Assembly (NCBI GenBank): GCA_046563655.1
Contig: CM102287.1
Location: 1,736,001-1,800,000 of the forward strand
DNA length: 64,000 bases
DNA from: Yuukianura sp. NJ FZ-2021
Lineage: Eukaryota
Direction: 5' to 3'
This document shows positions 13,746-25,825 of the stretch, in pieces (position 1 is the first letter of the stretch; every line of letters begins with the position of its first letter). The translations under genes and the position numbers were made by a program. Below the pieces are notes generated by a model, which saw nothing but the letters and a program-made list of their open reading frames with translations, had not been told where the DNA came from and searched no databases.

Positions 13746-14594
13746 ACAAAAACTGATGTACTAAAAGCATTAGAACAAATTCCAGCGTATACTCTTCACA
13801 AACCGGCTCGGAAACGCTACAAAAGACGAAAAGTTTTTATACCGTCCATAAGATATCAGTATATAATTGATCTAATCGATATTTCAAAGTATTCCGAAGC
13901 AAATACGAATCATAGGTTCTTGTTGACTTGTGTTGACGGTTTTTCTAAAGTCGCTGACGTCATCCCTTTAAAAAATAAAACTGGGAGTCAAGTAGCAAAC
14001 GCTTTACAAAAAATCTTTAAGAAAAGAGGCCCTCCAAAGTCAATTCAATTTGACGAAGGGAAAGAATTTTTAAATCGAAATGTTAAACAGCTTTTAAAAC
14101 AAAACTCTGTTTCATTCTTTAGTACTAGATCAGAACTGAAGGCAGTTATTGTTGAAAGATTTAACCAAACATTAATGAGAAGGTTGGCGAGATATATGAC
14201 ACACAATCAGACCACAAAATTCTTAGATGTGTTGCAAAATATTGTAACTTCATACAACAACACATATCATCGCTCCATAAAATGTACACCAAACCAAGTC
14301 AATGACGACACAAAAACTGAAGTATTTCTAAATTTGTACGGACACTTACCAAAACAAAACCAAACGAAACGGAAACCTGCTACCTTCAATGTTGGAGACT
14401 CCGTACTACTTAGTAAATATAAAACACTTTTTGAAAAGGGCTACGCCCAAAGCTGGACAAAAGAAATTTTCCAGATTGTTGAAGTTTGTAACTCCGTTCC
14501 CGTCACTTACAAGTTAAAAGACGGCAAAGGTGAAGACATATTTGGAATATTTTACAACGAAGAGCTGCAACGCGTTCCTCAGTCTTCAGTTTAA
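13746..14594 (+). pseudogene. Polinton retroviral-like (DDE) integrase, N-terminally truncated
   Basis: The frame is open upstream of the called ORF: AYTLHKPARKRYKRR...IIDLID...LTCVDGFSK...QFDEGKEF...IVERFNQTL...FEKGYAQSW...GIFYNEELQ. No in-frame ATG before the LTR-like junction. Confidence 0.92.
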
Positions 14595-14606
14595 CTTCGT
14601 CGTGAC

Positions 14607-15101
14607 ATGAGCTCGTGTCAAATTTGCTCTCTGTGGCGTTCTTTTGCAAATTTTTGCTTCAAAAAAAATTCAACTACAACAATTACTGTTTGTGAAACCT
14701 TTTCTTGTAACTGTAACCTCAATAAAACGTCGGAACTCCAGCCAGTCGAAATGGATTCTCCAATTCAAGATTTTCTTAACCTAAACCCAAATATACTCAC
14801 GGATACTACCCAAGAAAAAAAACAACGCAAACGAGTTCGAATTCCCAAGATTCCTCGTAAAGTCACATCTTTGGCAATGGTTGTTGAAGTTCGTCAAGAA
14901 TTTCCTAAACCACATCCACCACCACGAGTAAATTTGGAAGATGGTTGGCAGCTCTACATTGGCAATGAACAAGGAAATGACCAAGGACCGCTCACACATT
15001 TACATATTAAAAATGTTTACGATGCTGGATCTAGTGTTGTGATTCCAATTCATTTATTTGATTGTCTCACAGAAGGACTGTCAAAGTTGAAACGAAACTA
15101 A
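14607..15101 (+). CDS. Polinton hypothetical protein (164 aa)
   Basis: ATG-started ORF filling the space between the integrase and the convergent ATPase. Basic patch KKQRKRVR. Confidence 0.55.
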   Translation: MSSCQICSLWRSFANFCFKKNSTTTITVCETFSCNCNLNKTSELQPVEMDSPIQDFLNLNPNILTDTTQEKKQRKRVRIPKIPRKVTSLAMVVEVRQEFPKPHPPPRVNLEDGWQLYIGNEQGNDQGPLTHLHIKNVYDAGSSVVIPIHLFDCLTEGLSKLKRN

Positions 15102-15107
15102 GGTATG

Positions 15108-15766
15108 TTACTTTTTCAAATATACTATACAAGATTCTGGATCTGCAAATACATTTGATCTTTTTCGAAAGTCATCATTTTGACTTTGAGACATATCTAA
15201 AAATAAATAGCTATTTGGCTTGTTCTTTGTAGCATCCTCAAATGCTTCTTCTAGCGTCGAATTTGATTTTCCGCCATTCATTTGTCGTCCCAAATATTTT
15301 ATTATAGTCTTATCCCTTGGATTTCGAAATAATGCAACATATTTTGCATTTAAAGTCAAATTCCTACATCCTTTGAAGAAAAATTTTGAATCGTAATCAT
15401 AAGAGACAGTGAACGGTGATGAGAACCCCGAGTAACCATTCTACAAATATCCAAAGATGATCCAAGGTCTTCCATAAAGTCATCCAACACCACAAGGGTT
15501 GGTGTCTTGTTTCCAATGTCAACATCAATTTGATCCATACCTTGGCGAAAATCAATTTCAATTCCTTTTCCCCTGTTAACTCCTTTTAAACTTTTTGCAA
15601 AATCCGGCTCATCCTCGGCATAACAGTAGATTACACGCTTGATTTTTGGCTCAACAACTTCGTCTACGCGTTCCAAAACTTTTTTTATCAATGTACTTTT
15701 TCCACTTTGTGTAGGACCGGCCAACACCATGACAAACGGATGCTGCAATGAACATTGGATTTCCAT
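15108..15766 (-). pseudogene. Polinton A32-like packaging ATPase, frameshifted near 15380
   Basis: HPF...LAGPTQSGKST (Walker A), LVVLDD (Walker B), RGSHH...IQN, then LNAKYVALFRNPRD...YLFLD in the next frame. Confidence 0.92.
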
Positions 15767-15829
15767 CCCAACAAATCAAACTCCAAACAACTACTAACTG
15801 GAAGGACATTTAGTCTAATTGGCTTTATT

Positions 15830-18800
15830 CATCTTCTTCCATACCGTCTACAATTTGATGCAAATTCTTTTCTAATTCAATTCTATAATGACCAAATCTT
15901 AATGAATCAATTGGAGACAAATGTACATTGTAGTTGTATACAAACGATGATTTAAACTTCGAATTGTATTCATACTATAAGACTTGAACTGCCCGTTTTC
16001 TAAAACTTTTTTGTAATCTTCAAAATCCAATTCATTCTCCACAACCGAGCGAACTGTTCCTTTTGCCTTCTTCAGCTGAGTTTGGGTCCCATCCTCCTTC
16101 AACATCTTGATTGCATACATTTTTGGCTTCAATGCTATTGCTTCCGAAATTACTTCGTTGGCGCATTCATCCTTGAAGCAACCACCAACCCCTTCAAATT
16201 GCTCGCTCCACAAATATCCAAATTTTTCATTTGCTCTGTCGTACTTTGATGTGTCAAAGACGCCTTCATTCCTCCTCACACTTTCAGCAATATCTGCATA
16301 AACATCTTCCGTCTTTATGTGAAGCAAAAAACTATCAGTATCCGTATACATCAGCCTCATGTTGTCTCCATATCGCGGCTTTAACCACTTGTAGTAAAAG
16401 CTGTACATTCTACATTTGGAATCATCCAAAATGCACTGTCCAACAAAAATAGGTTTGTCCAGCCTAGCAGCCAACTTTTTCATCACAAACAAAACACACT
16501 CATCATGAACGATTTTGACGTCCTCAACGGTTGGCTTTCGGGCATACTCTCTCATCTTCTCTCTTGATAATGCAATGTTGATCCGCCTATATTTCCGGAC
16601 ATTCTGGTAAACTTTTCCCGCCAAAATGTTTCCCATGGCCTTGTAAAAGTTCTTATCCACCGGATTCGTAGCTTCGCGTCGACGTGTTATACAAATGTCC
16701 GTGTATACACGAAATAATGGAGCCTGAGTAAACCGTATGGCTCTGTGAACCTTCACAAGTTTCAGTCCAAGCTATAAAAACAACTTCAAAAGTCGATAAT
16801 GGACAATGTAGTTTGTTTTGTTACACAACGTTCCCAAAAGTTTTGTTTTTTTGCAAGATCCAGGTGTAGCTCCCACGTTCTTCAAAACTTCTTTCGTGTA
16901 GTCAGAGAGCCAATCGTATGTTATTTCACTTCGTTCTACTGCTAATGGGTAGTCATTGTGAGAATCATGTAATTCTTGTGGGTAATCCAAATCTACCTCC
17001 AAAACTAATCCCTCCGGACCACAATCATCCAAATCCATGATCATCTTCACAACACAATCCAAATTTCTTGTTCTGTTTTCCAAGGACTTTTCCCAAACAA
17101 AATCTTTCCAAGGTACGTAGTTTCTCAAACAAGTTGCGTACAAGGCGTTTGCATCCCAGTAGCAAATGTAACTCAATGGAAGCGTGGGGTCATATAAATT
17201 CCCCAAGTAAGGGTTATTCGCTTTTGCATAACGTAGTCCGACAGAACAAATTCCACCCCGAATCCCGCGTTCAAAATACATGTACTTGTCAATCTCATCC
17301 AGATACTCGTACTCCACTTTTCCTGCCAGCATTGCTGCGTCGTATGCTATTCCTGGAAGAGTGAGGTAGTGAGCAGGATCCAGGCGGAAACTCTCGAGCA
17401 TACTTCTTCTCATATTCTGGAAACAATCCGCCAGGAGGCAAACATCAAGAGAAACGTACAAGTTGTGATAATCTCTCAATGTTTGACAGCCAAATTCCCG
17501 CCAAACCGTATGCGCATGTTCCAAACCTTCAGGACTTATGGATTTTCCAGTCAAATCGCTTTTCCATTTTTCGGCAGGTGGCAAACACGTTTCATCAAAT
17601 CGCTCCATGGAGTCAAAGTAACTGTAAGGGTAAACCCCTTTTCTTAAAAGTAATTCAATTTTACTTCCGTACTGTTGAAAATGGTGACAAGTCACACCAA
17701 ATTTTTCTTTTCCTTCTTTGGCAAGCATTTTGACTTGCTCTGCTAAGCTCGCACTAATAAACTGATACGAATCAATCATTCGCAGAACATGATCTCCATG
17801 GGTTGTCAACCGAAGCGCAGTAAACTTCTCGGTGCTGCTGCTCGCCAAAACTTCCACAGATTTAATTGTACTAGCACGCAACGCTTGTACAATAAATTTC
17901 GAATCATAATGTCGAAAACCATGACAAACAACTGGAATGAATGAACAAACTTGGGCGTTCAGGTTACAAGGACCGCAACTCACTCCACGAATGGTTGATG
18001 TAATATGGCAGTGGTCAATGCACTTAGTGTCAACCCCTTCCACAAACTCCAGTCCACAATGAATACAGTGAGTTGAAGCCAGCAAAAGGCGAGCATAGTC
18101 AGATTCTGTCCATCGTGGGTCGAGGCCTACATCTTCTTTCAAAATTGGATATATCTTTCCGGCAACAGACACGAGCTCGTCAACCAACCTCAGTGCAGCA
18201 TTCGGACCACAAAATGTCACAACACGGTCCGCCAGATAACCGTCCGGCCCAATGATACTCATTGACCACCCACAGTCTAAATGTTCATTATAAACGGCAC
18301 CAATTTGTCGAGTACTAATGCCGTCTGTAGGTACTAACAGTGCTTCAAAGTCTAAGTATATGACATACGGCACAGGAAGACGTTGCACGATGAATCTTGA
18401 CGTGAATTATTTTTCGGTTGGTAAAACGACGCGTTGTATGTCCAAAGCCGCACAAAACTTTTCGTGATTTCGCAATTTCGTTTCGCTTTTTGAAAAACAC
18501 ATACAAAAACGACACACAAACTTTTCATACCCCCGTTCACCTTTTCCTAGCAATCGAGACAGCCCCTCCGTAGGATTATAATCACTTTGTCGCAACAGTG
18601 TGTAATGAGACTTGTTTCCGTCGATTAACAATAACAAATCAACTTTTTAACTTTTAGCAGAGGAAAAATGTCAATCTTCTTTTTCCCCTTCAAACTTGGA
18701 ACAAGTTCGTCTCGAGGTTCGTAACCAAACACATTTACTGCAATCTGTGGATTGAAGTGGTGGAACTTGTCAAGTTGAGCGATGGTCATCGGAAACTTTA

Positions 18801-20026
18801 TACAATCCCAGTCAATCTTACCAAGATCCGCCGGATAATTTTTAGGATTGGTAAAGGCGTACCAGTCTACATTTGGGTTTTTGTAAAGTGGGTTGAGTTC
18901 TGCCATGATAGCGTACTTGAAGCAGAAATCGTCATTGTTACGAATATTTATGATGCATCGTTTGTCGCGAATGACTTTTGGAGTCGGAATCCAACTTGAA
19001 CCTCGGTCCATCCTAAACTCGAAAACTCTCAGTTGAAGTACCAAGAAGCGCTTCAATTTCCAGCCCGAACCGTGGTGAACGAATGATTCCATAGACAATC
19101 TCATTTTAGAATACATTTGCCTCAGAATAGTTTGAATCATACTCTGATGAAAACATCCATGTAGAAAACTGTTGAACGGAAACCGTTCCACCTCGGCTTC
19201 ACTTGGTCGATCCCTTGATGTTCTTGTCATCTCTGCAACCAACGTACAAATCAACTTCATACCCCCAAACTCCTGAAGAAGTCCTTCCACCAAAATTGTC
19301 AGTGCGTTAGCTGTACTTCGCATCACACCCGTCACATCTGCAAAGAGTTGTGGAGTCAAATCCACCTCGAATTCACGTACAATACCAGCGTCAGCGCCAT
19401 TTCGCCGACGTCTGGCCCTCTGAACTTCTCGAATCTCGAGCCCACCTTGAGTTCCTCCCCACTGTTGACCTTGCAGTTGATCAGTGTAGAGTTCCCGATG
19501 AAACTCAAACCGATGGTAGTCGAGCTCTCCTGCGTTCTCAAACTTGATCGCGCAATATGAACAGAACCTCTCGCGATAGTTTGACAAGTCTGCAGTGATG
19601 ACCGATTGTTGAGTTTCTGACAATTCTTCTACAAAAAACATCAATTTCTTAATTTCAACACAAAGCCATCTACTTCGCTCTATTTCTGTTCTGTTGCTAC
19701 TACCTTCGTAATCAAGCAGCCCTTCTAAAATTTCATCAACAGTTGGGTCAACTGGTCTTTCCAAATTCCTTGCTCTAGATTCGTCATTGACTGGTACCCT
19801 GGGACGACTTGGACCCGCAACTTGTTCGTCATTTGGTTCCCACTCTAACCAAATTTAAACACCTTCATAAGATACTCCAAAGCCAATGTTTTTTTTAAAG
19901 CAAAATACCTTGACGTGGTATGCGAAGGTCGTAAACATGACGTTCAAAAGCGTGATCCCAAAAGGAATCTTGTGAATCGAAACGTTCTCCACAATTGTCA
20001 CATACAAATCTGCGTATTCCTTCCAT
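15830..20026 (-). pseudogene. Protein-primed family B DNA polymerase with N-terminal zinc fingers and an endonuclease VII-like insert; one intron; disrupted
   Basis: YLDFE (ExoI), CIHCG..DHCH..RG..C..CN, RKGVYPY, YWDANALY, KAMGNILAGK, YTDTDS, KPKMY, KAKG. In-frame TAG at 16772, frameshifts near 18400 and 18635, damaged C-terminus. ATG at 20026 with GT-AG intron 19845-19908. Confidence 0.93.
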
Positions 20027-20302
20027 GCTTCTTCCTCTTAGCTCGCACAACAAATGCTCACTTCCTCAAAACTTTCACTTCATTATATAGTAATTCACAA
20101 AACGTACCTCAAACGAAAATACATAAAACTTGAATCGATTTTTTATTCATTTCTCAACGTAGGATTCGATTTTTTTTTATTCATTTCTCAACGTAGGATT
20201 CGAACTCATAGCAACAAAGTCATCCCACAACTCAATTCAACATTTACTTGAATTGGGTTGTGGGAGGACTTGGGAAACTTGACACAAAATATCAACACTT
20301 GA

Positions 20303-21232
20303 CTAGGTATACACCCTAAATCTAATTAGTATAGGTTCTCTGCAAACTGCACAACTTTTTAATGACAATGAACATTTACGACATGCAACCAAATGTTTAC
20401 ATGGCAAGAACACGTCGCAAGCTTCTTTGTCCCAACAAATCTTACAAGTAAGGCTGTTGCCAGAGTCGTCTTTAGTAACACCAGAAACCATAGCGCCGGA
20501 TGCCGCTGTTAAAACGTGTTCAGTTGTCCCGGCAACACCAGTTCCTCTTACACTGGGTATATTAGTTTCGAGGGTAGTTATTTCTGCCACGTAACGTGTT
20601 GCAGCACCGGCCAAATCGGCTCCTCCATCGCCGGGAACGTCGGTTTCGGGCGCGGTTGCTGCGACCAACTCGGTTCCTCCCGTTTCAGCACTGGCAGCAT
20701 CTGTTCCCGGCTGGTCAGGGTCGGTGGAAACATCAGAAGCTACCGCGCTGCGCATACCGGTTCCTGTGCTCACATATTCGAAAACATCAATTCTCGTTGC
20801 TCCGGTCGCCTCGATTCCGTGGGTCCCAGTTACATCCGGAACGGTAACAAACCCAACCCCGGATAGTAGACCGGTCATGACCACAACATAAGGACAACGT
20901 GGGAAATGTTTGCGGTGCTCCAACAACGGCTCATCACCAACCACCCACTCCCCGACGACACCTCGGCAATACGGACACGCAACCTGATTTACGAGAGAAA
21001 AATATTAACACTTTTTTTTACATTTTTAAAGAAATTTGCAAATTACCCACCATGTCACCTACCCACGTTATCTTTTCACATAAAGCTGAAAATTACCCAC
21101 CTTGTCATCTACTCCGAGGTAGTAAAATCCCGCAAACGAACATGCTTCCGGGGTCACAAAATTCAATAGCCATCTTAGTTGAGCGTTCTGAAAAGTTTGT
21201 AATCTCCCCTCATAACTCATGAGGACCTCCAT
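20303..21232 (-). CDS. iap: Inhibitor of apoptosis (one BIR plus C-terminal RING), 270 aa; exons 21232-21101 and 20983-20303
   Basis: Spliced translation MEVLMSYEGRLQTF...W...TPEACSFAGFYYLGVDDK/VACPYCRGVVGEWVVGDEPLLEHRKHFPRCPYV gives the BIR C-x2-C-x16-H-x6-C pattern. RING CKICWD...FLPCKHLVACRKC...CAVCR. GT-AG intron 20984-21100. TATA-like element at ~21270. Confidence 0.93.
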
Positions 21233-21664
21233 ATTTCTTTGACTGACTTCTTACAACTCAAACCTAACTATATATACATGCGCAAAACCTAACTTTAGGG
21301 TCGACTAGTAATAGTACAAGTTGAAATGACGATGAAAATACAATTCTGGACTTTGTACGCACGTGTGCACTTACGGTCGTGACTCACATCCGTCCTTGAA
21401 AACTGGGCGGACTTTGGACCAAATACAAGTCTTCCAAAGATCTTAAAATGCGATCATTTAACCTTGCATAATTGCATGACTTATCCCCGTCTAATTTCGC
21501 TGAGTCACCTTCCGAAAGGAAACGTTTTCCGAAATAGGATACATAAACCAAGCTCAATGACTCATGACTGAAAACCTCAAACTTAAAAACAGAATGCAAT
21601 TTACCTTGAGTCACACAACGAAACTAAAACGTTTTACGTTCTTGGATAGACTAATCATGCTACT

Positions 21665-24600
21665 AAAGGACATCTAAATAACTTGTGTCCAAAAACAGTC
21701 CGAAATTTTATTTTAGCACAACTCTACTATGCAACAAGTGCATAAATCTAATAGCCATTTAGGTTTAACTAATGGGTGAACTATACAACAAAGCCTGAAA
21801 CCCTAAAACATGGAATTTACCTTTGTTACCGTTGATAACCATCTTTATGTTATGCATCAAATACCGGTCCACTTTGTCGTACTGCATCAACGACAAAATC
21901 ACAAAGTGAACCACATGTTGTCAGGGTTCATCTTTGAGCACAAACGAGAAGTGCCTGTGAAATGTCGAGCTTGTCCTCACTCCAGATACCAACCAGGAGT
22001 TCTCACTTTGACACTAGGAATCATGATCACTCAGTTGCCTATGGAATTTCAGGGAATATTCGATTATAACACTTTCCAAATAAAAATTGAACATTCACCA
22101 TTATTTGCAATTATTGGTTGGAATTTTTACGAAATACTTTTGTATGTTTTACTAACATCGTTCACTTCAAATAAAGGACATCTTAATAACTTGTGTCCAA
22201 AAACAATCCGAAATTTTATTTTAGCACAACTTTACTATGCAACAAGTGCATAAATCTAACAGTCATTTAGGTTTAACTAAGTGGTGAACTATACAACAAA
22301 GCCTGAAACATTAAAACATGGAATTTACCTTTGTTACCGTTGATAACCATCTTTATGTTATGCATCAAATACCGGTCCACTTTGTCGTACTGCATCAACG
22401 ACAAAATCACCCAGTGAACCACATGTTGTCAGGGTTCATCTTTGAGCACAAACGAGAAGTGCCGGTGAAATGTCGAGCTTGCCCTCACTCCAGATACCAA
22501 CCAGGAGTTCTCACTTTGATACTAGGAATCACGATCACTCAGTTGCCTATGGAATTTCAGGGAATATTCGATTATAACACTTTCCAAATAAAAATTGAAC
22601 ATTCACCATTATTTGCAATTATTGGTTGGAATTTTTACGAAATACTTTTGTATGTTTTACTAACATCGTTCACTTCAAATAAAGGACATCTTAATAACTT
22701 GTGTCCAAAAACAATCCGAAATTTTATTTTAGCACAACTTTACTATGCAACAAGTGCATAAATCTAACAGTCATTTAGGTTTAACTAAGTGGTGAACTAT
22801 ACAACAAAGCCTGAAACACTAAAACATGGAATTTACCTTTGTTACCGTTGATAACCATCTTTATCTTATGCATCAAATACCGGTCCACTTTGTCGTACTG
22901 CATCAACGACAAAATCATCCAGTGAACCACATGTTGTCAGGGTTCATCTTTGAGCACAAACGAGAAGTGCCGGTGAAATGTCGAGCTTGCCCTAACTCCA
23001 GATACCAACCAGGAGTTCTCACTTTGATACTAGGAATCACGATCACTCAGTTGCCTATGGAATTTCAAGGAATATTCGATTATAACATTTTCTAAATCAA
23101 AATTGAACATTCAACATTATTTGCTATTATTGGTTGGAATTTTTAGGAAATACTTTTGTATGTTTTACTAACATCGTTCACATCAAATAAAGGACATCTA
23201 AATAACTTGTGTCCAACAACAATCCGAAATTTTATTTTAGCACAACTCTACTATGCTACAAGTGCATAAATCTAACAATCATTTAGGTTTAACTAATGGG
23301 TGAACTATACAACAAAGCCTGAAACACTAAAACATGGAATTTACCTTTGTTACCGTTGATAACCATCTTTATGTTATGCATCAAATACCGGTCCACTTTG
23401 TCGTACTGCATCAACGACAAAATCACCCAGTGAACCACATGTTGTCAGGGTTCATCTTTGAGCACAAACGAGAAGTGCCTGTGAAATGTCGAGCTTGTCC
23501 TCACTCCAGATACCAACCAGGAGTTCTCACTTTGATACTAGGAATCACGATCACTCAGTTGCCTATGGAATTTCAGGGAATATTCGATTATAACACTTTC
23601 CAAATAAAAATTGAACATTCACCATTATTTGCAATTATTGGTTGGAATTTTTACGAAATACTTTTGTATGTTTTACTAACATCGTTCACTTCAAATAAAG
23701 GACATCTTAATAACTTGTGTCCAAAAACAATCCGAAATTTTATTTTAGCACAACTTTACTATGCAACAAGTGCATAAATCTAACAGTCATTTAGGTTTAA
23801 CTAAGTGGTGAACTATACAACAAAGCCTGAAACACTAAAACATGGAATTTACCTTTGTTACCGTTGATAACCATCTTTATGTTATGCATCAAATACCGGT
23901 CCACTTTGTCGTACTGCATCAACGACAAAATCACAAAGTGAACCACATGTTGTCAGGGTTCATCTTTGAGCACAAACGAGAAGTGCCTGTGAAATGTCGA
24001 GCTTGTCCTCACTCCAGATACCAACCAGGAGTTCTCACTTTGATACTAGGAATCACGATCACTCAGTTGCCTATGGAATTTCAGGGAATATTCGATTATA
24101 ACACTTTCCAAATAAAAATTGAACATTCACCATTATTTGCAATTATTGGTTGGAATTTTTACGAAATACTTTTGTATGTTTTACTAACATCGTTCACTTC
24201 AAATAAAGGACATCTTAATAACTTGTGTCCAAAAACAATCCGAAATTTTATTTTAGCACAACTTTACTATGCAACAAGTGCATAAATCTAACAGTCATTT
24301 AGGTTTAACTAAGTGGTGAACTATACAACAAAGCCTGAAACACTAAAACATGGAATTTACCTTTGTTACCGTTGATAACCATCTTTATGTTATGCATCAA
24401 ATACCGGTCCACTTTGTCGTACTACATCAACGACAAAATCACCCAGTGAACCACTTGTTGTCAGGGTTCACCTTTGAGCCCAAACGAGAAGTGCCGGTGA
24501 AATGTCGAGCTTGCCCTCACTCCAGATACCAACCAGGAGTTCTCACTTTGATACTAGGAATCGCGATCACTCAGTTGCCTATGGAATTTCAGGGAATATT

Positions 24601-25725
24601 CGATTATAACACTTTCCAAATAAAAATTGAACATTCACCATTATTTGCAATTATTGGTTGGAATTTTTACGAAATACTTTTGTATGTTTTACTAACATCG
24701 TTCACTTCAAATAAAGGACATCTTAATAACTTGTGTCCAAAAACAATCCGAAATTTTATTTTAGCACAACTTTACTATGCAACAAGTGCATAAATCTAAC
24801 AGTCATTTAGGTTTAACTAAGTGGTGAACTATACAACAAAGCCTGAAACACTAAAACATGGAATTTACCTTTGTTACCGTTGATAACCATCTTTATGTTA
24901 TGCATCAAATACCGGTCCACTTTGTCGTACTGCATCAACGACAAAATCACCCAGTGAACCACATGTTGTCAGGGTTCATCTTTGAGCACAAACGAGAAGT
25001 GCCGGTGAAATGTCGAGCTTGCCCTCACTCCAGATACCAACCAGGAGTTCTCACTTTGATACTAGGAATCACGATCACTCAGTTGCCTATGGAATTTCAG
25101 GGAATATTCGATTATAACACTTTCCAAATAAAAATTGAACATTCACCATTATTTGCAATTATTGGTTGGAATTTTTACGAAATACTTTTGTATGTTTTAC
25201 TAACATCGTTCACTTCAAATAAAGGACATCTTAATAACTTGTGTCCAAAAACAATCCGAAATTTTATTTTAGCACAACTTTACTATGCAACAAGTGCATA
25301 AATCTAACAGTCATTTAGGTTTAACTAAGTGGTGAACTATACAACAAAGCCTGAAACACTAAAACATGGAATTTACCTTTGTTACCGTTGATAACCATCT
25401 TTATGTTATGCATCAAATACCGGTCCACTTTGTCGTACTGCATCAACGACAAAATCACAAAGTGAACCACATGTTGTCAGGGTTCATCTTTGAGCACAAA
25501 CGAGAAGTGCCTGTGAAATGTCGAGCTTGTCCCTCACTCCAGATACCAACCAGGAGTTCTCACTTTGATACTAGGAATCACGATCACTCAGTTGCCTATG
25601 GAATTTCAGGGAATATTCGATTATAACACTTTCCAAATAAAAATTGAACATTCACCATTATTTGCAATTATTGGTTGGAATTTTTACGAAATACTTTTGT
25701 ATGTTTTACTAACATCGTTCACATC
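21665..25725 (+). repeat. 508-bp satellite, ~8 copies
   Basis: Near-identical ORF starts every 508 bp (21810, 22318 ... 25366). Confidence 0.98.
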
Positions 25726-25825
25726 NNNNNNNNNNNNNNNNNNNNNNNNNNNNNNNNNNNNNNNNNNNNNNNNNNNNNNNNNNNNNNNNNNNNNNNNNNN
25801 NNNNNNNNNNNNNNNNNNNNNNNNN
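25726..25825. other. Assembly gap (100 N)
   Basis: Run of N. Confidence 1.

Larger units (their letters stand above)
13745..21664. mobile_element. Polinton/Maverick, left-truncated and degenerate
   Basis: Co-occurrence of c-integrase, A32-like ATPase and protein-primed PolB. Right end ...CATGCTACT (reverse complement AGTAGC) abuts the satellite. No capsid or protease gene in the surviving part. Confidence 0.9.

Noticed and set aside
15755..21222. Short plus-strand ORFs opposite pPolB and IAP
   Set aside because: Antisense or alternate-frame shadows of real genes, with no motifs.
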